NCBI RefSeq assembly: GCF_006345805.1
Contig: NW_021824713.1
Location: forward strand, 1 to 18,091
Length of the DNA stretch: 18,091 nt
Source: Octopus sinensis
Lineage: Eukaryota
Direction of reading: 5' to 3'
A program made the translations under genes and the position numbers. Of this stretch, positions 1-9,449 are shown one piece after another (within the stretch, counting starts at the first letter, position 1; each line of letters begins with the position of its first letter). The notes below the pieces were generated by a model. It was given only the letters and a program-made list of their open reading frames with translations, had not been told where the DNA came from and made no database searches.

Positions 1-205
1 TGAAATGATTTAGTTTCAAATAACTTTTGCCAAAAGTGATTAGCAAAAACCAGCATTGCCAGTAATTTTCTTGCTAATCATCATCGAATTATCAAATAAT
101 TATCTTAATAAATGTAGTTTTGATTTAAAAGATGGGTTTGCATTGTAATTAGTTTTAATTTTATTCTATCGTATTTCGCAGCCCACAAAAAAAAAAAAAA
201 TATTA

Positions 206-249
206 TTGTTAGCATTTTTATCATCATCATCATCATTGTTATCGTCGTC

Positions 250-286
<37 letters not shown>

Positions 287-359
287 TATTATTATTATAT
301 TATTATTATTATATTATATTATTATTTATTTTTTATTATTATTATTATTTTTATTATCA

Positions 360-390
<31 letters not shown>

Positions 391-459
391 GTTATTATTA
401 TTATCATTATTATTGTTTTTATTATTATTATTATATCATTTTTTTATTATTAATATTAA

Positions 460-508
<49 letters not shown>

Positions 509-519
509 TATTTTATTGC

Positions 520-553
<34 letters not shown>

Positions 554-600
554 ATCGTTGTTGTTATTGTTTTTATTATAAACATCGTTAATATTTAGAT
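206..600. repeat. Compound trinucleotide microsatellite (TAT/ATT)n grading into (GTT)n
   Basis: Directly visible. It accounts for the poly-L/Y/I/V and poly-N ORFs in the track. Confidence 0.97.
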
Positions 601-708
601 AACTCGTTTCTCTTGGCACATCTGTAATGGCGAATTAATCTGTTGTACCATAGCGTATTTTAGCTCACGAAACACGCCCGATTATCTTCATAAATACATA
701 TGCACTTT

Positions 709-930
709 TGCTCCTTTACTTGTTTCAATTATTCGACTGTGTCCATGCTGGAGCACCACCTTGATGGGTTTTAGTCGACGAAATTTACCCCAGGACTTTT
801 TCTCAAACCTATATTTATTCTATCAGTCCCTTTAGCCGAACCGCTAAGTTACGGGGACGTAAACACACCAACACCGATTACCACTCGATGATGAGGGGAC
901 AAACACAGACTCAAAGACACATACATACAC
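709..930 (-). mobile_element. 3' body/tail of a tRNA-derived SINE (family A)
   Basis: gctcctttacttgtttc...catgctggagcacc...gccgaaccgctaagttacggggacgtaaacacacc...ggggacaaacacagac, running into CA/TA repeats. Recalled as the 3' half of an abundant Octopus SINE whose head is of the type seen at 2369-2520. Confidence 0.7.
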
Positions 931-1510
931 CACACACACATATATATATATATTTGTGTGTGTGTATGTATGTATGTATGTATGTACGTATGTATGTATT
1001 TATGTATGTATGTATAGATGAATATATATATATATATAATATATATATATAGATTATATATATATATAATATATATATAAATATATACATATATATATAT
1101 ATATATAATATATATATATAATATATAGATATATATATATATATATATATATATATCTATATATATATATATATATAAAAGTATGATATGAACATTTATA
1201 GAACACGTATCCTGTGAAACTCAACAAGCAATTAAAGATGGAGAAGAGATGTTACAAGTGTTAAAAAATTTAATCCATGCATACGATCATTTCGAATGGT
1301 AATGTTTACGTGGTAATATGATGGTATGTTACGGGGACGTAAACACACCAACACCGATTACCACTCGATGATGAGGGGACAAACACAGACTCAGAAACAC
1401 ATACATACACCACACACACACATTATATATATATATTGGTGTAATGTGTGTGTATGTATGTCTGTATGTATGTATGATATGTATGTATGCTATGTATGAT
1501 ATAGGAATAT

Positions 1511-1598
<88 letters not shown>

Positions 1599-1760
1599 TA
1601 TTATATATAAAAGTATGATATGAACATTTATAGAACACGTATCCTGTAGAAACTCAACAAGCCATTAAAGATGGAGAAGAGATGTTACAAGTGTTAAAAA
1701 AATTTAATCCATGCATACGATCATTTCGAATGGTAATGTTAACGTGTAAATATGATGGTA
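848..1760. repeat. Tandem duplication of a ~430-480-bp unit (848-1327 and 1328-1760)
   Basis: Both units start gttacggggacgtaaacacaccaacaccgattacc and end aatatgatggta. They share a SINE fragment, a TA/TATG tract and the left arm of the foldback element. Non-repeat differences are mostly 1-nt indels plus a few substitutions. Confidence 0.92.
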
Positions 1761-2140
1761 AAAAAATCAATTTAATTATAATTATAATTGAATTAACACA
1801 ACTAGACTCAACATTATCTTAGCATGTTTTTATCTTTCATAGAAACATTACGTATACCTGAATATGTTATATGACATTCACTCCATCTAGTCTTCTGTAA
1901 GAGTATAACACTATTCTGATGCATTCTTTTTTCACATTGAGAAGAACAGTAATATGTAATTAATTTAATTATAATTATATTTGAATTAGTTTTTACTCAT
2001 GTATTTACATGTTAATATTACCGTTCGAAACGATCGTATGCATCGATTAAATTTTTTGTTAAACTTTTAACACCTTCTCTTCCGCATCTTTAATTGTTTG
2101 GATACGCGTTCAATAAATGCTCATAACACACCTTATACTT
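1611..2140. mobile_element. Foldback/MITE-like element with ~180-bp imperfect terminal inverted repeats
   Basis: Left arm (1611-~1795) aagtat...gaacatttatagaacacgtatcc...tttaatccatgcatacgatcatttcgaatggtaatgttaac matches the reverse complement of the right arm (~1957-2140) gttaatattaccgttcgaaacgatcgtatgcatcgattaaa...ggatacgcgttcaataaatgctc...atactt. The AT-rich spacer is ~160 bp. An orphan copy of the left arm lies at 1179-1326. Confidence 0.8.
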
Positions 2141-2368
2141 GAAATATTTTCGTATTCGAAAAATACTTACAACAGTAAGTTATCAATGTAATATGAAGAA
2201 TCTTTATTAGAAAACGACCTTTGGAACACCACAAAATAAAGGATGATATAGAACTCAAACTTTTCTCATATATATATGGGGGGACACGAACACCACTAAG
2301 CATACACGCGTACACATAGATATACATATACGTTTATACGTATATAATATATATATACGTATATGCGT

Positions 2369-2520
2369 CTAGCTTCTTTCAGTTTCCTTCGACCAAATCC
2401 ACTCACAATGCTTTCGTTGGCAAGTAGAACACACTTGCTCAAGATGCCACGCAGTAGGACTGAAAGCAGAACATTGTGCTAAGGAAGCTAACTTCTTTCC
2501 ACACAGTGACGCCTGAGCTA
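2369..2520 (-). mobile_element. 5' head of tRNA-derived SINE family A
   Basis: The minus strand has degenerate A-box (cactgtgtggaa) and B-box (tttcagtcc) motifs, followed by ggcatcttgagcaagtgtgttc and gtgagtggatttggtcgaaggaaactgaaagaag. It is homologous to 8351-8520. Confidence 0.75.
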
Positions 2521-2556
2521 CATATGTGTTACCGTTGAGAGTTCGTTTCTTGTAAA

Positions 2557-2873
2557 GGCGCATGGCTCAGTAGTTAGACAGTCGGGCTCACAATCATGAG
2601 GTAATGGTTCGATTCCCGGACTGGGTTGTGTGTATTTCGTGTTGCTAAGTTCACTCAACGGTAGAAATGAGTTGTGAAGTCACTGGTTCCAAGCTGTATC
2701 GCCATTTTCCTTTCCCTTGGACAACATCGGTGGTGTGGAGAAAGGGGCGATATGCATGGGCGACTGCTGCTCTTCCATAAACAATCTTGCCTGGACTTGA
2801 ATCTTGGAGGGTAACTTTTTAGGTGCAATCCGATGGTCATTCATGACCGAAGGGTGTCTTTACTCCTTACCTT
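2557..2873 (+). mobile_element. Near full-length tRNA-derived SINE (family B)
   Basis: A box tggctcagtagttaga, B box ggttcgattccc (2606-2617), a non-tRNA body of ~250 bp and a short tactccttacctt tail. Confidence 0.8.
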
Positions 2874-3098
2874 AAACGCATCCACTGACTCCTGGGATGC
2901 ATTGATGATGAGATAGCTTCCATGTATTTCTCATTTTCTTTTTTCTCATAATCTCACAATCTCTCCATGTTCTTCTTCGTTGCATTTATGAAAATAAACT
3001 ACTACAATTACCAGTTATTTTCTCCTTTTAACTCGTGTGAAATGGAATAATAGGGGTGTCTTCAGTGAATACTAGCTTCTCACTGAAGCCATTACTGA

Positions 3099-3431
3099 TT
3101 AGCACCTCTTTATAAAAGGGCGCTTCTCCGCCAAAATATTCTTTTTTGAAGGTACGTTAGGGTTTACCCTTATTATACTTGCTACTGTTGTTTTGTGATT
3201 TTTTTCTTCTTTATGGCGGTGGGGAGCATATAGCCGGAGATGGTGATTGCACTTTTGAGAAAACTTTATCGTTTATCTTCCTGAAGTGTGTAGCGCATAG
3301 CGGTCGTAAGCTCTAATGTAATATCTATTAACTATCATTTTGTTATCACTAATGATTATATCTGACGCAGAATTTCTGAATGAGACAATCAATTCCCTGT
3401 TAAATACATCTATAGTAATGCCAAGTTTATG
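3099..3431 (-). pseudogene. Possible highly decayed LINE fragment (APE-endonuclease-like)
   Basis: A 111-codon minus frame with only one internal stop in AT-rich DNA (HKLGITIDVF...SASDIIISDNK...GR*TIKF...LRLYAPHRHKEEK...PSKKNIL). The YAP motif and its context weakly recall non-LTR apurinic endonucleases, but no catalytic GDFN motif is seen. Confidence 0.22.
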
Positions 3432-3824
3432 TTATTTTGCACTTAAGGGTTGTGTTTTATCTTGTGTTAATGTTTGTCTGAAAGCTTTTGTATTAGAGTT
3501 GCTAGTTCGTATATGCTATTTATTTTGTCTGAAAATTTAAGTGAATTAGAGGATTTTACAAAGGGATAATATATAGTTTTTGAACGTGCTTGAGAAGGTA
3601 TTGGTGTTGTGATGAAATGTAATCTATTTTATAGGATGAATTAGGCAAAATACAATAGCTCAATTTCTTTAATTTCAGGAGACGTTTTCGTCGAATACAA
3701 AGATGATATCCTGGCAGAAGCACGCAATATGAGACCAATGCTAAACACAGGGTTAGAAAGGATTCCGTTTTTTCATTCAAAGAGTTTGGGTTAAACAATT
3801 AAATTACGAAATAAAAGTTCTAAT

Positions 3825-4470
3825 AATGTAAACATTATCGGCCACACATAAATAGTATATGTCCGTTGTTTGTACGCTAAATTTGCTACGGGATAGCGTC
3901 CAGGGAAGTGACACCGAGACAACTTGCCTCGGATGGCCGACAATGGTAGATACTGATATTTCGCCATTATTGTTGCATATCAGTACCATGTAGTCAGATT
4001 TAGTTGCATATAAGTCCCAATACATGGTGGCAAAATATCTGTACTTACCTATTTCTTTACTACCCACAAGGGGCTAAACACAGAGGGGACAAACAAGGAC
4101 AGACAAAGAGATTAAGTCGATTATATCGACCCCAGTGCGTATCTGGTACTTATTTAATCGACCCCGAAAGGATGAAAAGTAAAGTCGACCTCGACGGAAT
4201 TTGAACTCAGAACGTAACGGCAGACGAAATACGGCTACGCATTTCGCCCTGCGTGCTAACGTTTCTGCCAGCTCACCGCCTTATCTGTACTTAAAATATC
4301 TGTACTTACCATTCTTGGCCATCCGAGGTGTGTTGACTCGCTTGGTTCGGGACATACGGCGTTCTTTAACATTCGCATAGGGAGCTTTCTCTGGACGCTA
4401 TCGCACAGGAAATTTCGCGTATAAACCAAGCACATGCATTACGCATTTGCATCCGATAACGTTTAAACAT
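3825..4470. mobile_element. Foldback/MITE-like element with long imperfect inverted arms, interrupted by a SINE
   Basis: cctcggatggccgacaatggtagatactgatattt (~3927-3962) pairs with aaatatctgtacttaccattcttggccatccgagg (4294-4328). aatgtaaacattatcgg...aaatttgctacgggatagcgtccagggaag pairs with ctttctctggacgctatcgcacaggaaattt...ccgataacgtttaaacat. Confidence 0.75.
4046..4281 (-). mobile_element. Full-length tRNA-derived SINE (family C) with target-site duplication
   Basis: The minus strand reads aaggcggtgagctggcagaaacgttagcacgc...ctgagttcaaattccgtcgaggtcgac...aagaaataggta. tatctgtactta flanks it at 4036-4047 and 4282-4293. It is homologous to 10006-10120 and 17929-18055. Confidence 0.88.
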
Positions 4471-4617
4471 AACCTTTTTAAATTTGTTTGCATAGTTTAG
4501 TGTCCGCTCATACCTTACACGTAAAGTAAGGTTTTTAACGCAACCATTGGATCACGCTTTCAGTTTCCCCAGTAAAGAACAAACGACAGAACCTCCTAGA
4601 AGATACCATTACATTTT

Positions 4618-5203
4618 AAACAAGAGCACTTAGAGAGCGCAAACTCTCCGCCAAGGCAACACCAACGATTAACCAGAGATGATTTTTAAAATGAGAATAT
4701 CTGAAATAAACTCGACTGCTCTCACAAACGAGAATACTAAAAATGAACCCGACCTCACTCAAAACTTAAGTAAAAAAAACGGAAAAATATAATCCAGAAT
4801 CATTGTCTGGTACCTGATCGATCACAATGGTAGTCATGGAATGTGAAGGTGGCTGTAGAAAATTTAGTAACAGCAATAAATAGTTTATCCTTATCTAATA
4901 CAAGCCAAAGTTAACAAATTCACCATTCAAAATACTTACAGCCTCAAGGGAGATAATTGAGAAATACTTGAAAGTTAACATAAGATCGTAATCATGTAAA
5001 GTAAATATAAAAAATAATCCAGAATCCTTGTCCGGTACTGGATCGATCCCAAACTCCAATCAGTTCGTGCCAGTCATGAGGCCAAATATCTCTGAAAGTT
5101 TCATCCGAATCCATCCAGCAGTTCTCGAGATATCTTGTCCACGGACAAACAAACAAATATGACTGAAAAACAATACCTCCGCCTCAGCGAAGGCGGAGGT
5201 AAA
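4618..5203 (+). mobile_element. Non-autonomous Helentron-type (HINE/DINE-1/Pearl-like) element
   Basis: ctccgcc near the 5' end (4646-4652) recurs in a 3' GC-rich hairpin tacctccgcct-cagcga-aggcggaggta (11-bp stem, 5174-5201). An (ACAA)n microsatellite precedes the hairpin and the insertion site is TT/AA-rich. There is no ORF. Confidence 0.65.
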
Positions 5204-5546
5204 AAGTGGAGAAAGCTTGTATTTCTCTCTTCAAATAACTGGTATAACATTTAAAATAAATCAGTCTGCAGATTTATTCAACTCGATATTGTGGGTTTCC
5301 GTATATCGATCTATATATCAAAAATCCGTCTATCTGATAGAACTGGATTTTAGAATCAATTGACTACGACTAGCGATCAGGAAAATAGCTTAGTGATGAA
5401 GGCCAGTGAGACATTGATATTTAATACCAATTCCTACTTATTCAAAATAGAGAATGGCATGGAGAAAGATCATAGACGTTTATTCGTCCATGACACTCTT
5501 GGCAACCAAAGCAACCTCTCACATTACAACTGGTTTAGCACTGCAA

Positions 5547-5682
5547 GATAGACAGACAGACAGCTAGATAGATAAATAGATAGATAGATAGATAGATATA
5601 TAGATAGATAGATAGAAGAGGATAGATAGATAGATAGATAGAAATAGATAGATAGATAGATAGTCATATGATAGATAGATAG

Positions 5683-5756
<74 letters not shown>

Positions 5757-5800
5757 GATAGATAAGATAGATAGATGATAGATGATAGATAGATAGATAG
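5547..5800. repeat. (GATA)n/(GACA)n microsatellite
   Basis: Directly visible. Confidence 0.97.
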
Positions 5801-5902
5801 GTCAGTATGGCAATATGTTAGAAATATATATATATAATATATAATATATATATATATATAGTGTATAAAAATTTATACACGGAGGAGGGCCACCATGTGG
5901 AT

Positions 5903-6355
5903 TTCTTACATGCTGAAAAGGGCAGATAAAACCCAAACCACGGAACGAAAGATTCTTAAGGCACGTTGCTTGTAAGCGAGCAGGATATCTAAATGCATAA
6001 AAGTATCAGTTAACCCTATACCCATGAGTTTCACCCGTAATGATCAAATAAATCAATTAATTAGTCAATCAATTGAGTCATTAACCGTTCGTTGTTCATC
6101 AGTAGGGGCCCTGGAAAATGCATAACTACGAAACTATGATATGTACCGAAAAACACGAGGTAAAACACATATGCATATAAGTTCCACCTTTATACATAAA
6201 GAATTCAAATCAAATATCCTCAAGCTATTGATTGACTAATTGGTTTATTTGATCATTAATGGAGAAACTCATGATCGCTTACGAGCAACGTGTCTTAAAG
6301 AAGAATCCATCTTCCCGTGGTTTGGGTTTTGACTGCAATTTTCAGCATGTAAGAA
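5903..6355. mobile_element. MITE with bipartite long inverted repeats
   Basis: Outer arms: ttcttacatgctgaaaa...aaaacccaaaccacgg...cacgttgcttgtaagcga pairs with tcgcttacgagcaacgtg...ccgtggtttgggtttt...ttttcagcatgtaagaa. Inner arms: catgagtttc...aatgatcaaataaa...ttagtcaatcaat pairs with attgattgactaa...tttatttgatcatt...gaaactcatg. Confidence 0.82.
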
Positions 6356-6962
6356 TATGAATAACTATATATATGTATATATATCTATGTATGTATATGT
6401 ACGTATATATATATATATATTTTTTTTTTTTCGATTAGATTTATTATTATTATTACTAATATTGTTGTTATACATACATACAAGCATATGTAATGATAAT
6501 AATGGGTGGATGTAAACACATGAACAAAATTAGAACAAAAGCAACAACAGCAAAAACAAATACAAATTACATGAATGTATATAAACAGAAGATACCAAAT
6601 TTACAGGCATCCCCCCCACACCACACAACACTAAATAAACATAGATGCACATAGAGATATAAGCATGCGCAAATGAAGACATACAATAGAAATACAAAAT
6701 GGCTGACGGTTAGTAAGGAGACACAATACGAAAGAAGAAAACAAAGGACCACTGATGCGGTCACAGGAGTGTGACGAAAGAACTCTGCCGAAATAATTAA
6801 GATTAATGTAAAAAATAAATATCACTGAAGCAAAATAACACCAAATATATAGTGCGTGTGTTTTTATTGGCTAAACTGGCAATATGACCATTCCGAAATA
6901 TAACATATCTGTTTCAAAACACACGACTTCACATAAAAATCTTGCACAACAAATATTTAAAC

Positions 6963-6963
<1 letters not shown>

Positions 6964-7046
<83 letters not shown>

Positions 7047-7067
7047 ATACATATATATATGTATATA

Positions 7068-7112
<45 letters not shown>

Positions 7113-7116
7113 ATAT
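6964..7116. repeat. (TA)n microsatellite
   Basis: Directly visible. It accounts for the poly-IY ORFs. Confidence 0.97.
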
Positions 7117-7119
7117 GGT

Positions 7120-7402
7120 GGCGTAATGGCCCAGTGGTTAGGCAGCGGACTCGCGGTTGTAGGATCGCGGTTTCGATTCCCACACCGAGCGTTGTTAGTG
7201 TTTATTGAGCGAAAACATCTAAAGCCCCACGAGGCTCCGCTAGAGGGGGGTGGCGATCCTTGCTATACTCTTTCGCCACAACTCCCTCTCATTCTCTTCT
7301 GTTGGCCTGCTCGCTTAGCTTGCGGGGTGGCGTCATTTGAAGGCTAAAACAATGTGAAGCGCATTGTGACCAGCGATGTGTAGCAACATATGATAGCCTG
7401 GT
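7120..7402 (+). mobile_element. tRNA-derived SINE (family D)
   Basis: A box tggcccagtggtta, B box ggtttcgattccc (7169-7181), then a ~220-bp non-tRNA body. Confidence 0.8.
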
Positions 7403-7411
7403 GTTGCCATG

Positions 7412-7467
7412 TGACTTCAAAGTTTCGGCCAGCTAAGACCGCTTAGATGGGCGAAACGTTGAAGTCA
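7412..7467. repeat. 56-bp imperfect palindrome
   Basis: tgacttcaaagtttcggccagctaagac versus the reverse complement of cgcttagatgggcgaaacgttgaagtca: 23 of 28 positions match. Confidence 0.85.
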
Positions 7468-8350
7468 TTGACAGTGATATTATCAAGAATAATAAATTTG
7501 TGCAGAAGTATAGAATAACCCATCAAATAAATGTAAAGCTGTTTTTATTGTAACTGAACATAAAAGTAAACACTATGTGCGTATGTATGTATGTGTGTGT
7601 GTGTCTGTGTGTGTAAGTGTGTATGTATAAATATGCATATACGTATATATATGTGTGTGTATAAAGGTTTGTTTTATGTCAAGTATATGTATATTAAGGC
7701 TGGATTTTATGTCAGCTTTTATATAAGAAGAATTTGACATTAAACTGAAGGATTACTCAATACTGTGGAGTAGAGTACAATTTTATTAAACTTTTACCAG
7801 GGAAACGATGGACAATGACTTTGATGCCTCACCTTGTTCGCCAACGTCAGAGTACTCACACTCATACATACACACACACACATTCAAGTTTATGTCTAGA
7901 TAAATGAATAGTTGAATGCATCTTCGACAAGTTATTTTAGTGCTAATATTGCCGATAGCTGACGATAAAGAAATTAAAAAGCAATAAAATAAAGCGAACC
8001 AAAAACTGAGAACTGAATTAGAAATATAATATGCCAACAGAGAAATGATTCCTGCAGCATAAAAGGAAAGAAAAACCAGAGATATAGCGCAAAGGAAGAT
8101 GAGGACATAAGCGAAACCTTGCTGCCAATGAAGTAATGTGTAAATACTTGTACATTTGCTTCAAGAAGGTATGTGTCTTTTTTAAGAACCGAAGATAATG
8201 TCATAGTTTAGTCTTGAAGGTGAATGCTCATGACCCTCCCCATATGTTATATCTACCAATAGTTATACGTATATAAGGTGTGTGTGTGTGTGTGTATAAT
8301 AGACATATAGCTACATCTATCTGTAAGTGTGTGTGTAAGAGTGAGTGAGT

Positions 8351-8520
8351 AGACACAGGCATGGCTATGTGGTTAAGATCCTTGCTTTCCAACCATGTGA
8401 TTTCCAGTTCATTCTCGGGGCACCTGTTTCACATATTTTCTAATATAGCCCGGGCCAGAAGTTGGTCTATGATTTCAGAATGAATCTGGTTGATCGAAAC
8501 TGTATGGAAACTCGTTATGT
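8351..8520 (+). mobile_element. Degenerate head of SINE family A
   Basis: caggcatggctatgtggttaag...ttccaaccatgtg...agttcattc...ggcacct...tatagcccgggcc...tggttgatcgaaactg aligns by eye to the reverse complement of 2369-2520. Confidence 0.6.
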
Positions 8521-8602
8521 GTATATGTGAGCGTGTCTGTGTGTGTGTGTATAAAGATATTCATATATATGCATATATACATACACATATCCATATCTAT
8601 GC

Positions 8603-8635
<33 letters not shown>

Positions 8636-8661
8636 TGTATGTATGTATGTATGTTTGTATA

Positions 8662-8870
8662 GTTAATCCAAACATGAGAACACAAAGAGAAAAGACAGCA
8701 ACGCGAGGATGTGGAACAAGTCTAGTGTTATTGGACGCTCAGGAAAGAAAAGAAAGAAGGAGGATTTAACGTTTCGAGCGGAGCTCTTCGTCAGAAACAT
8801 AGGAAAAGGAAAGATCCAAGAAAGGGAAGACGAAGGAAAACAAATTGCCAAATATACACACGCGGTCACA
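8662..8870 (-). mobile_element. Penelope-type terminal repeat (pLTR) fragment carrying a hammerhead ribozyme
   Basis: The minus strand is pyrimidine-rich, contains a minimal HHR with a palindromic stem III (typical of Penelope pLTRs), ends ...tttggattaac and sits between (TATG)n and (TA)n tracts. Confidence 0.6.
8764..8798 (-). ncRNA. Minimal type I hammerhead ribozyme
   Basis: Minus strand GUUU-CUGACGA-A-GAGC(UCC)GCUC-GAAA-CG-UU^AAAU. Both core boxes are intact, stem II is 4 bp after one extra A, stem III is the palindrome ACGU, stem I is GUUU/AAAU and the cleavage triplet is GUU. Confidence 0.8.
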
Positions 8871-8876
8871 AATTGA

Positions 8877-8939
<63 letters not shown>

Positions 8940-8940
<1 letters not shown>

Positions 8941-9316
8941 CTATAGTGAAGTTGTGTGTCTGTCTCCTACGATTTAGATTCCTAACTACTCCCACATTTT
9001 GCGGTGCAGTGTAACCAAAAGCGGGTATCTTATAGTCGTGATTCATATTGAGTCTTTCTGGGTATTAGCGCTTGTCTACGATGAGTCTGCGATTAAAAAA
9101 AAAATTTACCATCATTTTTTTCCATTTTAATGCACTTTTTTGCTATTATATAAGGGAAGTAACTCTCTAAAAATGTCAACGATTTAAAAAAAAATTACCA
9201 TCATTTTTTTTCCATTTTTAATGCATTTTTTGCTATTTTTTTGGCTATAACTCTCTAAAAATGCTTATATAGTTATTTCCCTTACAAGCCCGAGCAACGC
9301 CGGGCAATACTGCTAG
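8940..9316 (+). mobile_element. Non-autonomous Helitron with canonical termini
   Basis: A|TC at 8939-8941, subterminal hairpin gcccgagcaacgccgggc (9288-9305), CTAG|T at 9313-9317. There is an internal ~85-bp tandem duplication (9090-9175 and 9180-9263). Confidence 0.8.
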
Positions 9317-9449
9317 TATCTTATAAGCAAGGGCTAAAGAAGATTATTCTAAAGCCAATATACTGATATTCCACATTTAATCTACTTGTTACAGAGAGTT
9401 GAACTGAAATTCGGGCAACTAAACCTTTGGAACATTTAAATTTCGTTAT

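Noticed and set aside
206-619. Low-complexity ORFs here and at 6884-7208, 8475-8769, 9500-9878, 12869-13440 and 14226-14676
   Set aside because: They are translations of microsatellites, with no protein-like composition or splice support.
2027-2040. GAAACGATCGTA resembling an HHR stem III palindrome in the MITE right arm
   Set aside because: No CUGANGA box upstream in either arm.
2557-2625. SINE heads as functional tRNA genes (also 7120, 9795, 15048)
   Set aside because: A/B boxes are present, but there is no full cloverleaf and the heads run into SINE bodies or are decayed.
3060-3088. Short hairpins: 9-bp stem here, 10-bp inverted repeat at 37-80, 12-bp stem at 12496-12546
   Set aside because: They are isolated, carry no associated motif, and bacterial terminator logic does not apply to this eukaryotic DNA.
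7781-7852. Possible acceptor (ttttaccag|G at 7800/7801) and short frame ETMDNDFDASPCSPTSE
   Set aside because: No good donor site and no recognisable homology. Such acceptors are common by chance in AT-rich DNA, so RNA-seq is needed.
9090-9263. Direct repeats as a CRISPR-like array (also 4790-5048)
   Set aside because: Only two units, internal to transposons, with no repeat-spacer periodicity or cas genes.
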